From contig OY776215.1 of assembly GCA_963675495.1 (NCBI GenBank), forward strand, positions 1,984,001 through 2,048,000: DNA of 64,000 nt. The letters are read 5' to 3'. Of the stretch, positions 40,660-50,373 are shown piece by piece; within the stretch, counting starts at the first letter, position 1, and each line of letters starts with the position of its first letter. The translations under genes and the position numbers were made by a program. This DNA comes from an uncultured Methanolobus sp. GTDB taxonomy: Archaea; Halobacteriota; Methanosarcinia; Methanosarcinales; Methanosarcinaceae. Below the pieces are notes generated by a model, which saw only the letters and a program-made list of their open reading frames with translations, made no database searches and was not told where the DNA came from.

Positions 40660-42006
40660 TCAATACCACACTCTCAATATTCCGGTGTCAATTCCCACTC
40701 CAATAGCAACACTTTCATTCTTCAGGGTTACAGCTGCAATATTGGTATTCAATCTACCTTCAAGCGGAAGGTAGCCATTTACATGAACCCCATCTTCATT
40801 GTGTTCCAGTATTGCCAGTTCCCTGTAATCTTGTGTCGGAACCATCAATTCGAAATTGGTATCAGTGTCGAAGTTGCCTGCAAGTGCCATGTCCAGATTC
40901 CTCGATCCGGCTAAATGGGAACTGTATCCTGAAAGACTCGAAGAAACCTGTAGTTCGTCTTCTTCCAGTCTGTAGAATTCTGCAACTCCTCCAATGTGTG
41001 GTGTGAGCAAATCCACTATCTCTGTTTCTCCTTCCGGTCCAAATGGTGCAACAGCTATCTGGTGTCTCCATCTATATCCGGTTCCGGCACTTGACCCGGA
41101 TGCCATAATTGTCCCATTTTCATCAAAAACCACGAGTCTTGCACCTTCATTTGCATTGCTTAAAGTGACAATTATCTCGCGTATTCCGTCTCCATCAAGG
41201 TCAGCCCATAAAGGGGCTATCCCTTCAATGACATCCCCATCAGGAATATCGATGATTTTAGCAATTGCAGGTATTCCTGCAGTTTCGATAAGTGTGATAC
41301 TTGAAGCCTCTAGGCTGTCGCCCAGCACTCCATGTTTGTAATCTTCAGTTGGACCCGTTAGCAATAATATCCTTTCTTCTTCATCAACCAGCAGGCGTGC
41401 GTCGGGAAGGGCATTGACTTCAAGGCGTGCAGATTCCCTGTCATTGACTCTGAACACGAGGTCTCCGCTTGTTTCTATAAATACTGTCCTTCCTGAGTTT
41501 GGAAGAACGATAGGATGGCTTAATAGTGATTCATTCCACAATCCCGGTGCAAGCAAAAATGCCTCTTCATTCTTGATCATAAGTATTGGAGGGCTGTCGG
41601 CATGGATCTTAGCAGGACTTATGCTTATCTCTTCCAGCTCACCATCAGACAGCTCAAAGGCTTTTACTGTGCCGTCATCGAGTACAACAGCCCAGATGCT
41701 TCCGTTGTTCGAATTTGCTGCAATTACCCATTCAGGTTTGCCTGACAGCTCTACATCTGTGTGGTCTGCGCTCATGATGTCGATGTTACCTTCTACAATC
41801 CTGTTCCCGTCAGGCTGCTGATATGTGTATGCCAGTGTAAATGGTGTTCTGTAATTGAAAGTGCAGTAATCGCAGTCCAGTATTTCTTCAGGTATTATGA
41901 TTTCTTCTTGTGAATCCCTTGTATCATTCATTGCCATGGCAACGAGAACTATGACAGCAAGCATTCCAAGAAGCATAGCTGTCATTTTTCTATTTCCTGC
42001 CATCAT
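40660..42006 (-). CDS. Membrane-anchored extracellular protein with FG-GAP/DxDxDG-like repeats
   Basis: N-terminal TM helix, WADLDGDGIREIIVT, AGNFDTDTNFELMVP; ATGA overlap with the ATPase stop. Confidence 0.75.
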   Translation of the reverse strand: MMAGNRKMTAMLLGMLAVIVLVAMAMNDTRDSQEEIIIPEEILDCDYCTFNYRTPFTLAYTYQQPDGNRIVEGNIDIMSADHTDVELSGKPEWVIAANSNNGSIWAVVLDDGTVKAFELSDGELEEISISPAKIHADSPPILMIKNEEAFLLAPGLWNESLLSHPIVLPNSGRTVFIETSGDLVFRVNDRESARLEVNALPDARLLVDEEERILLLTGPTEDYKHGVLGDSLEASSITLIETAGIPAIAKIIDIPDGDVIEGIAPLWADLDGDGIREIIVTLSNANEGARLVVFDENGTIMASGSSAGTGYRWRHQIAVAPFGPEGETEIVDLLTPHIGGVAEFYRLEEDELQVSSSLSGYSSHLAGSRNLDMALAGNFDTDTNFELMVPTQDYRELAILEHNEDGVHVNGYLPLEGRLNTNIAAVTLKNESVAIGVGIDTGILRVWY

Positions 42007-44699
42007 GCGGTTTTTACACTCCTTGTGATGTATTTTAGTCCCTCTGCACAGAGGAATGTAATGAAAGCCACTCCTATGGGCATGATCCACTCTACAGGAG
42101 ATAGGGGCAGCAATCCGAATGCTTCGTTCAGGCGAGGTATATACATTACTGACATTGTGGCGAAGAATGTAGCCAGTACGCCTGCTATCATGAGCTTGTT
42201 GGTGAAAACACCTATACTTATCACAGAGCGCTCAAGTGACCTGAATGCCAGCGGTATGAAAAGTATCATACTGACTACGGTCGCAAAAGTGAGTGTTCTT
42301 GCCATTACAGTGTCGTTTGCAGGGTCACTCAGAGCAAATACGAGGAAAGATGCTGCTCCCATTATTAAAGCCAGGGTGATGACCAGAAACAGGTTCCTCT
42401 TCTTCAGGAAATTATCGTTCGGGTCACGTGGTGGCCTACTCATTATGCCGTCTGCTGCAGGGTCCAGTCCCAGTGAGATCGCAGGCATTATCTCGTTGAA
42501 CATATTGATGAAAAGTATCTGTAGTGCCAGTAGTGGTATAAGGTCAAAACCAAGGAGCGTAATGCCTGCCATGATGAGGATCACCAGGGTGAAGTTCCTC
42601 GATATCAGATATGTTATGAATTTCTCTATGTTATTATAGATAGTTCGTCCACCTTTGACAGCTTCCACAATGGTGGCAAAATTATCATCCTGCAATATCA
42701 TTACACTGGATTCTTTTGCAACATCAGTGCCCTTTATCCCCATGGCAATACCAATATTGGCTTTTTTAAGTGCAGGTGCATCATTGACCCCGTCACCTGT
42801 CATGGCAACGATGTGTCCTTTTTTCTGCAGGGTATCGACGATCCTGAGTTTTTGTTCCGGCATTGTCCTGGCATATACATTGATGTTCTCAACTATAATT
42901 GAGAACTCTTCATCATTGAGCTCGTTGAGCTCATCCCCTGTCACTGCGCAGTCAGCTGCTATACGCTGGAGTTTCTCATCTTCATATACTCCGCATCCCT
43001 GTCTGTCTTCAAAGAGCCCTATACTTCTACCGATGGCCTTTGCAGTCTCCTGGTTATCACCGGTTATCATGATGACCTTGATGCCGGCTTTTCTGCACAT
43101 TTCCACGGCATCTTTGACCTCTTCATGTGGCGGGTCGATCATGGCGACAAGTCCAAGGAAAGTCATGTCCTTTTCAGAGTTCCCATCTAATTCTTCCCCT
43201 GGACTTTCCTTGCATGCAACTGCAAGTACACGATAGGCAGAGCTTGCGAACTCGAGATTCTTGTCAAGTACTGTTTCCCTGTCCTCTTGGGTGATACTGT
43301 ATAGTTCTCCGTTCTTCTCAATACTGCTGCATTGAGGGAGCACGAACTCAGGTGCTCCCTTTGTGAACGAGACTGTTCCCCTGCTGCTGGTGTGGATGGT
43401 TGTCATGATCTTCCTTTCAGAAGTGAAAACAATTTCCTCGACCATCTCATAGTCTTTCTCCAGCTCATCCTTCCAGAGGTCTGCCTTTGCAGCTGCAACA
43501 GTAAGCGCTATTTCCGTAGGATCCCCAATAACTTCCCATTTATCCTTTCTTTTTTCGATGGCAGAATTATTGCACAATGCGATTGCTCTAAGCAGTTTAA
43601 TTGAAGTATCTTCTTTCTTCACATCGACACTGTCGCCCCTTTTCAGGAATTCTCCTTTTGGTATGTACCCTGAACCGGTAAGTTCAAGCACGTTCCCACT
43701 GGTAAATATCTTCTCCACGGTCATTTCGTTCTTGGTGAGGGTGCCTGTTTTATCCGTACATATGACCGTTGTGGAGCCAAGTGTCTCAACAGCAAGCATC
43801 TTCCTGATTATGGCGTTGTGACCCGCCATTTTCTTCATGCCGTAGGCAAGGGTTATTGTAAGTGTAAGTGGCAACCCTTCGGGCACTGCCGCAACAGCAA
43901 GTGCAAGGGCTATAAGTAGCATATCAGCAAAAGGGGCTCCAATGGCAATACCCATTACAAAAGTGAGTGCTGAGGCAAGTATCGCAAGTACTGCAAGTGT
44001 CAGGGATAATTTAGTTATCTTTACCTGAAGGGGTGTGTCTTCGTTTTTTGTCTGTATCAGGCTGGCGATCTGTCCTATCTTTGTTCGCATTCCTGTGGAC
44101 GTGACCAAAGCCTTACATTTTCCGTGTACAAGCTGTGTACCTGCAAAGATATTTTCATTTTCACTTTTCCCAACCGGAACACTTTCACCAGTAAGGGCGG
44201 ATTCATCAAGTCTAAGGGCAACGTTTTCGAAAAGCACAGCATCTGCAGGCACCTTGTCTCCTGTTTCCAGGACAAGCACATCTCCGGGTACTACGTCAGT
44301 TGTGGGTATTTTTCGAAGTTTCATTTCCCTGATGACCGTCGTTTCAGGCTGTACTATACTTTTCAGGGCTTCCATTGCTTTTTCGGCCCTGTATTCCTGT
44401 ATAAAACCAAGTATGATAACAACAGCGATTGTAAAGATTATGACCCAAAAATCAATGATCTCATCGATCATAAGGGAAATAACAGCAGCAGCCATAAGAA
44501 CCCAGACAATAAGGTTCACGAATTGTCCAGCAAAGACCTTCAGTGCCGTAGTTTTTTCCTTCTCTTCAAGTTCGTTCTTTCCGTACTTCTGTAACCTTTC
44601 GAGTGCTTCCTGCCCGGAAAGTCCATTTGTGGAACTTTCAAGACCCTCGAACATCTCTTCTATTCCCACGGCTGCGTTACCCACTGTATTTACTCCCAC
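42003..44699 (-). CDS. P2-type cation-transporting ATPase
   Basis: LTGES, VPEGLP, DKTGTLT, KGAPE, ITGD, TGDGVNDAPALKKA. Confidence 0.96.
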   Translation of the reverse strand: MGVNTVGNAAVGIEEMFEGLESSTNGLSGQEALERLQKYGKNELEEKEKTTALKVFAGQFVNLIVWVLMAAAVISLMIDEIIDFWVIIFTIAVVIILGFIQEYRAEKAMEALKSIVQPETTVIREMKLRKIPTTDVVPGDVLVLETGDKVPADAVLFENVALRLDESALTGESVPVGKSENENIFAGTQLVHGKCKALVTSTGMRTKIGQIASLIQTKNEDTPLQVKITKLSLTLAVLAILASALTFVMGIAIGAPFADMLLIALALAVAAVPEGLPLTLTITLAYGMKKMAGHNAIIRKMLAVETLGSTTVICTDKTGTLTKNEMTVEKIFTSGNVLELTGSGYIPKGEFLKRGDSVDVKKEDTSIKLLRAIALCNNSAIEKRKDKWEVIGDPTEIALTVAAAKADLWKDELEKDYEMVEEIVFTSERKIMTTIHTSSRGTVSFTKGAPEFVLPQCSSIEKNGELYSITQEDRETVLDKNLEFASSAYRVLAVACKESPGEELDGNSEKDMTFLGLVAMIDPPHEEVKDAVEMCRKAGIKVIMITGDNQETAKAIGRSIGLFEDRQGCGVYEDEKLQRIAADCAVTGDELNELNDEEFSIIVENINVYARTMPEQKLRIVDTLQKKGHIVAMTGDGVNDAPALKKANIGIAMGIKGTDVAKESSVMILQDDNFATIVEAVKGGRTIYNNIEKFITYLISRNFTLVILIMAGITLLGFDLIPLLALQILFINMFNEIMPAISLGLDPAADGIMSRPPRDPNDNFLKKRNLFLVITLALIMGAASFLVFALSDPANDTVMARTLTFATVVSMILFIPLAFRSLERSVISIGVFTNKLMIAGVLATFFATMSVMYIPRLNEAFGLLPLSPVEWIMPIGVAFITFLCAEGLKYITRSVKTA

Positions 44700-44738
44700 T
44701 CCACTTTTGTAAATTTAATTGAGTAATTAGTATTAGCG

Positions 44739-45662
44739 TTATATCTTTTTTAATCCATTGGCAAAGTTATTGGATATATAGTTCTCAGTGCTCATGCAGA
44801 CATGAGATGCAAAGTCAATGGCCTTTGCTATTATTTCATCCCATACATGCTCCTGGATATCTTCAATATCTGTGATCTTTCCGGAATATAACATGTAAGC
44901 GATGCCTGTATTGAAACTGTCCCCGGCACCTACAGTACTAACTGTTTCTATGCCAGGTACGTCATATGATTTTGAAAAAGAAGCTGTCTTCAGGTATACT
45001 CCTTCTGAACTGGATGTGTATATAAGGTGGTGGCAGCCATTTTCCAGAATAAACTCATAAGCTTCTTCTGAATTTTCGCATCCGTTTATCATTCTCATAT
45101 CCTCGTCTGAGGCTCTTACAATATCTGAATATGCTATGTTTTCAGATATTCTAGGCTTGATCTCTTCAAGCAGTGCCAACTGTGCTGCCCGAAAATTAGG
45201 GTCATAGAGAATGGTTGATCCTGCATTCTTTGCAGAACGAATGATGGCTTTTAGCTTAGTTCTGGTTTCTTTTGTCACAGAGAGGATGGAGCCGAACATT
45301 ACAATATCATCCGGGGCAAAACAGGGCATATCTATCTGAAGACGTTCTTGCGGAAAGTCCTCGTAGAACTCATACGTGGCATCATTCCTCTCGTTTAAAA
45401 AAGCAAGTGATAGTGGTGATTTGCCTTCGTAACGGTAGAGATACTCAGTTGATACGTTGTTCTCTTTTAGGAATTCATATATGGTATTCCCAATATTATC
45501 ATGGGCAAATTCACTTATGAATGAAATCGCAACTCCTGCTCTTCCAAGTGAAATAGAACTATTGAGCATAGCTCCTCCGGGACAGGCAGAAATCTGTTTG
45601 CCTTTGTTGAAAAGGATATCATAGAATGTTTCACTTATTGCAAAAACGCGGGCTATACTCAC
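44739..45662 (-). CDS. PfkB-family carbohydrate kinase
   Basis: PGGAMLN, YDPNFR, STVGAGDSF. Confidence 0.9.
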   Translation of the reverse strand: MSIARVFAISETFYDILFNKGKQISACPGGAMLNSSISLGRAGVAISFISEFAHDNIGNTIYEFLKENNVSTEYLYRYEGKSPLSLAFLNERNDATYEFYEDFPQERLQIDMPCFAPDDIVMFGSILSVTKETRTKLKAIIRSAKNAGSTILYDPNFRAAQLALLEEIKPRISENIAYSDIVRASDEDMRMINGCENSEEAYEFILENGCHHLIYTSSSEGVYLKTASFSKSYDVPGIETVSTVGAGDSFNTGIAYMLYSGKITDIEDIQEHVWDEIIAKAIDFASHVCMSTENYISNNFANGLKKI

Positions 45663-45679
45663 ACCTGCCGGTTTACAGG

Positions 45680-46213
45680 TTATTGCTTGTCGGTTATATC
45701 GTCCAGAATTCCCTGGTAATAGATAACCTTTCCATTCATATCTCTCATAATGGCGGTTCTTTCTTCTACAACTCTGACATAATCTTTTTTTGTTCTGATC
45801 CTGTATGTTTGCCTGAACTCATTGGCTCCTTCCATTGCGTTCTCTGTAAGTTCCAGATGCACGCGGTCCGCATCATCCGGATGTATGAGGTCTTTGAATG
45901 TGATTTTGCCTGACGTGAAGTCTTCTGCTTTGTATCCGAAATCTTCTATTCCTCTGGAAATGAATTCCAAGGGTGCACTCTCCACCGGACTGCGCAAAAA
46001 AGCTATGACCCTGGTATTGTTCACAAGTTCCTCAAGGGCTTTGATCCGAAGCTCCATCTTTTTATGGACATCAAACGATTCTGTATCGCATTTCATAACA
46101 TTTGGATCGATGTCTTTTTTGAGACTATCTTCGTTTCTCTCATCATTGCCTGAATTCTCAAATCCTGTATCCTGACTAATAGTAACCCCTCCTATATCGG
46201 ATGATAATATCAA
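45680..46213 (-). CDS. Stand-alone PAS/PAC-domain protein
   Basis: FGYKAEDF, LIHPDD, YRIRTK, RDMNGKVIYYQGILDDITD; no output domain. Confidence 0.85.
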   Translation of the reverse strand: MILSSDIGGVTISQDTGFENSGNDERNEDSLKKDIDPNVMKCDTESFDVHKKMELRIKALEELVNNTRVIAFLRSPVESAPLEFISRGIEDFGYKAEDFTSGKITFKDLIHPDDADRVHLELTENAMEGANEFRQTYRIRTKKDYVRVVEERTAIMRDMNGKVIYYQGILDDITDKQ

Positions 46214-46278
46214 TTAATTGTTAGATTTCATAAATAGTCTTATTCACTAATTTAAGTAATTATTGTTTTAGATATTTC

Positions 46279-47451
46279 CTACTCGGATACTGCCATTCCT
46301 CGTTCTTTGTACCGAATAGACATTTCCAGTAGTATCGGAGTGATGATAATGGATACGACAACCATCAATACAATAGCAGAGAATACCTCATTGCTGATTA
46401 TTCCAAGTTCCTTACCTATTGCAATAACCACAAGTTCTACTCCGGCACGTGGCATCATGCCTATTCCAAATATCAGACTATCCATGGAACTATAACCCAC
46501 CAGTTTTGTGCCAATGAATCCTCCGATAAGTTTTCCTGAAAGGGCAAGTACAATAACGAGGATGGCAAAGACACCTGCGGTGTATAGTATTTCGATATCT
46601 ACCGAAAGTCCTATGAAAGCAAAGAAAAGTGGTGTGAAAAATCCGTAGGCAATACCACTGACCTTTTTTTGTACGGTCTCTATTTTTGCAAGTGGTAGGT
46701 CTGAGATAAGTACTCCACCAAAAAAAGCGCCAATAACAGCATGTAGTCCGAATAGCTCTGAAAAGTATGCCGAGAATAATGCAATGAGTATCACAAAAGA
46801 GAACAGTGATTCTTTAGTGTGCATTTTCTGTACATATTCGAAAAGTTGAGGGAAGAATTTCCATCCCAAAAAACCCATAATCACCATGAATACCATTATT
46901 TGTCCAAGGATCCCAAGTATGTAGATGCCTGAGGGGAATTGATTGAGTGTTGCAAATGATACTACAATAGACAACAGGAATATGCCTATTATATCGTCGA
47001 ATATTGCTGATGTCAGCATCATCGAGCCAGGTTTGCTTGAAAGATAATCAGTATCTATCAATGTTTTAACAACAACACTAATACTTGTGGGGCTGAAAGC
47101 AACCGCCATGAACAGGCTCTCTGTAAAGTTAAAACCGAACATTTCTCCCAATATGAATCCAAAACCAAACGCCACAACTATCTGTGATATTGTAGGGATG
47201 AGTGCGTTTGTTGATGCAGCTTTAAGGTCTTTGATATGAACTTCTTTGTAACCCGCAGTAAACAAAAGGAATATGGCTCCCAGTTCTGCAAAGAATGTGA
47301 AGGTTTCAATATTATCAGGCTTTAAAGTAAGAGCAAAGATAAATCCCGCTCCAATCTCTCCAATTATTCCTGGCAGCCCGAATCTTTCGCTTACCTCGCT
47401 GAGTATTCTTGCTAAGAACAATATGACCAATATTTGGAGGAGCACTTCCAT
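46279..47451 (-). CDS. CPA2-family cation/H+ antiporter
   Basis: PGIIGEIGAG, SPTS, AIFDD, GAFFGG, GMMPRAG. Confidence 0.92.
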   Translation of the reverse strand: MEVLLQILVILFLARILSEVSERFGLPGIIGEIGAGFIFALTLKPDNIETFTFFAELGAIFLLFTAGYKEVHIKDLKAASTNALIPTISQIVVAFGFGFILGEMFGFNFTESLFMAVAFSPTSISVVVKTLIDTDYLSSKPGSMMLTSAIFDDIIGIFLLSIVVSFATLNQFPSGIYILGILGQIMVFMVIMGFLGWKFFPQLFEYVQKMHTKESLFSFVILIALFSAYFSELFGLHAVIGAFFGGVLISDLPLAKIETVQKKVSGIAYGFFTPLFFAFIGLSVDIEILYTAGVFAILVIVLALSGKLIGGFIGTKLVGYSSMDSLIFGIGMMPRAGVELVVIAIGKELGIISNEVFSAIVLMVVVSIIITPILLEMSIRYKERGMAVSE

Positions 47452-47454
47452 TGA

Positions 47455-47976
47455 TCATTTTCCCCGCAATCCATGTATTTTTTTAATCATATCTGATTTT
47501 GAAACGACACCAAGCAGTTTTTTGTCCTTGGTGACACACAAACGGTCAATATGATGTTTGATCATTATGTCAGCAGCATCACAGAGGCTTGTATCGCGGG
47601 AGAGTGTCACAGGATGATGCACCATAAGGGTGGATGCCTCTTCACTTAACGCTTTGATAGCCATCAGGTGTGTATGGTGGTTTCGATGACTTCTTTCAAA
47701 AAAGAGAAATTCAAGTATGTTATCCTGATCAACAATACCAACCAGTTCATCGTCTGAATTCAGCACAGGATAGCTGTGGTATGGTGTATTCGCCATAAGT
47801 TCTATGATGTTTTCGATAGTTTCAGTATCTCTTACGACAGTGGTTTCTTTTGACATTATCTGGCTGATCTTGATATCAGCACACATATCAGATAATTTAT
47901 CCCTGTCTCTGGGTTTATCTTCTATGTCTTTTTCACTTTCTTTTTTTTCCAGGATTTCCTCTTCCTTTTCTGTCAT
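47455..47976 (-). CDS. CBS-pair protein
   Basis: IMS...YPVLNSDDELVGIV and LCVTKDKKLLGVVSKSD; 3 bp upstream of the antiporter. Confidence 0.88.
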   Translation of the reverse strand: MTEKEEEILEKKESEKDIEDKPRDRDKLSDMCADIKISQIMSKETTVVRDTETIENIIELMANTPYHSYPVLNSDDELVGIVDQDNILEFLFFERSHRNHHTHLMAIKALSEEASTLMVHHPVTLSRDTSLCDAADIMIKHHIDRLCVTKDKKLLGVVSKSDMIKKIHGLRGK

Positions 47977-48059
47977 GTGGATGGGTGGATATGAAAAAAT
48001 AATGATGTGGAGTACTGTTACTCCAATTTCATCAATAAAAAAATAAAAATGTTTTCACT

Positions 48060-48335
48060 TTACTTAATGTAAAGTCCGCACTTGCATGCACCGCGCATTT
48101 CAACATCTCTCACTCTTGCAGCACATGGGCAGATTATCTTCTTGTCCTGTTCCTTGTCACCTGTTCTTTTCTGACAGAAGCAGTACCATTCACCATATTC
48201 CTTCTTGTTGTTGCAAATGCCTTTTACAGCGGTTGTGATAACGTCCCAGTCTGAATTGAGTTTGTATCCTGATGTTTCAGCATTTTTCCTGGACTTTTCA
48301 TAGAATTCGGCTTCTAGGTCATTTTCGAATTTCAT
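48060..48335 (-). CDS. Ferredoxin-thioredoxin reductase catalytic-subunit-like protein
   Basis: Three CxC motifs (CFC, CPC, CKC) in FTR spacing; GYKLN; CGLY. Confidence 0.85.
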   Translation of the reverse strand: MKFENDLEAEFYEKSRKNAETSGYKLNSDWDVITTAVKGICNNKKEYGEWYCFCQKRTGDKEQDKKIICPCAARVRDVEMRGACKCGLYIK

Positions 48336-48380
48336 TGTAACACTCTCGTTATTTTCATATTAACATTCATTTTCATAAAT

Positions 48381-49592
48381 TTAAGATTTTGCATTCTCTT
48401 TTGCCATTTCGCCAAGCTTGTAGCCGATATCACGGCACGCTCTCTTGTCTTCCTCGTAAGGTCTGAATTTGACCTGCATACTTTCCATGGCAAGTTCGAA
48501 TTTTGCACTTTCGATCTCTTTTTCCATTCCTTTGACCGCTCCCCCGCCCCAACCGTAAGAACCGAACAGGAAGTACTTCTTGTCTTTGGGGCGCAGTCCT
48601 TTCATGTAAGTGAGGAATCCGGATATTGTAAAGAACATTCCATTATTCATTGTGGGTGAGCCAATTGCGACAATAGATGCATCCATAAGCTCTTTCATGG
48701 TCAAACTCCAATCGTTCTTGCGCAGGTGTCTCAGGCGCACTTCAACCCCTGATGCCCTTGCTCCCTCCACGATTTCCATTGCCATTTTTTCAGTGCTTCC
48801 CCACATGGTATCATAGATGACAAGCAGCTTGGGTAACGAATCCCCTCTTGCCCATTTGGCATATTCTTCAATTACTCTTGATACGCCTTTTCTCCAGATG
48901 AGTCCATGTGCAGGAGCTATCATCTTAGGACTGACATCAAGTTCTTTCAGCTTTTCCACATACTTGAGTACCTGTGATCCGAACGGCAACAGGATATTGG
49001 CATAGTATATGCCAGCATCTTCCATTACATCATCAACCTCGTCGTCAAAACGTTTTGAAGTTGCCAAGTGCTGCCCGAAGGCGTCATTTGAGAAAAGTAT
49101 CCTGTCCTCTTTCACATAGGTCTGCATGCTGTCAGGCCAGTGCAGCATTGTGGCTTCAACGAACATTAGTGTCCTTTTTCCAAGGCTCAGTTCATCCCCG
49201 GTCCCAACAACCTGAAGGTCCCAGTTGTCAAAGCCTTCTTCCTTGTAGTATTCAGAAAGCCCAGTTTGCCCATTGGATGATGCAAACAACTTTGCACTGG
49301 GTGCAATGTCCATGATAGTTGATATGGAACTGGAATGATCCATCTCGACATGGTTGGAAATTACATAATCGATCTTTGAAGGATCGACTATCTGGCTTAT
49401 ACGCTTGAGCATCTCTCCTGCAAATGGTGCTTTTACAGTGTCTATGAGGGCAATTTTCTCATCAACTACAAGGTATGCATTGTAACTGCCACCTTTTGGA
49501 GTTTCGTATCCATGGAAGTCGCGCAGGTTCCAGTCAACCACACCTACCCAGTATATTCCTTTGGCCAGCTCAAGTGGTTTGTAATCATCCAT
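48381..49592 (-). CDS. fprA: Flavodiiron protein FprA (F420H2 oxidase-like)
   Basis: NHVEMDHS, LHWPD, SNDAFG, PAHG, YDTMWGST, GSYGW. Confidence 0.94.
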   Translation of the reverse strand: MDDYKPLELAKGIYWVGVVDWNLRDFHGYETPKGGSYNAYLVVDEKIALIDTVKAPFAGEMLKRISQIVDPSKIDYVISNHVEMDHSSSISTIMDIAPSAKLFASSNGQTGLSEYYKEEGFDNWDLQVVGTGDELSLGKRTLMFVEATMLHWPDSMQTYVKEDRILFSNDAFGQHLATSKRFDDEVDDVMEDAGIYYANILLPFGSQVLKYVEKLKELDVSPKMIAPAHGLIWRKGVSRVIEEYAKWARGDSLPKLLVIYDTMWGSTEKMAMEIVEGARASGVEVRLRHLRKNDWSLTMKELMDASIVAIGSPTMNNGMFFTISGFLTYMKGLRPKDKKYFLFGSYGWGGGAVKGMEKEIESAKFELAMESMQVKFRPYEEDKRACRDIGYKLGEMAKENAKS

Positions 49593-49611
49593 TCAAATAT
49601 CTCTCCTGTCC

Positions 49612-50100
49612 TTATGTTTGCATTCTGAACTCAGTTGCAGCACCAAGCAACTCATCAATTATCTGGTAGTGTCCCCTTTCAGCAGCAGCTATCTTTTCAA
49701 AGAACACACGCTGCTCTTCATTATCTGCTCTGTCTGCAAGTTCAATATAGAAATACTCACTTTTGTGCTCGAATCTAAGGGCTGCGAGAAGTATACCGAT
49801 CTCTTCGAGTTTCTCATCAGAGAATTCTTCTGTGAAAGATGCCTTGAATTTTGGGAAACTGAATTCGACTTCAGGAATGTGCTTGCTTTCCCTGAATTGC
49901 TTTAGGTATTCAGCGTGTTTTTTTTCCTCATCGGCAAGGAAAACATATAGTTTGCTTGCAGTCTCGTTCTTCATCATAGAAGCTTTTTCACCGTAATACT
50001 CCATTCCCTCTTCTTCAAGTTCTATTGCCAGACCAATTGCCTGGTCCATTGATTTTAGTTGATCAAGCTCTTCTGCGATCTCATGTAGTATATCTTTCAT
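49612..50100 (-). CDS. Ferritin-like / rubrerythrin-family diiron protein
   Basis: ELEEEGMEYY, EEKKH, FEHKSEYFY, AERGH. Confidence 0.88.
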   Translation of the reverse strand: MKDILHEIAEELDQLKSMDQAIGLAIELEEEGMEYYGEKASMMKNETASKLYVFLADEEKKHAEYLKQFRESKHIPEVEFSFPKFKASFTEEFSDEKLEEIGILLAALRFEHKSEYFYIELADRADNEEQRVFFEKIAAAERGHYQIIDELLGAATEFRMQT

Positions 50101-50373
50101 TTCAAAATCTCCTTTAGAGCAACATGTTAACTATTAAACCCAAAGTGCCAATGCCCGATACTCGGACGACGGCCAAACCCACTGTATCAAATCTTATCTT
50201 ATTCTGGCTTAATATACCTTTCGAGCTTAGTTTCATCTGCCTGTCATCACATATTCGGGGAAAGTTGGCAACACCCCTCTATTTAGAAAACTTTTTATCT
50301 GGAACAATACATTAATCTGGTTATATTTTATATGTCATTTACTTTCAAAAATCACTTTTATAGAGGTAGTTGA

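Noticed and set aside
50230-50260. C/D-box guide RNA (GTGATGA on the minus strand)
   Set aside because: No matching CTGA D box at a suitable distance.
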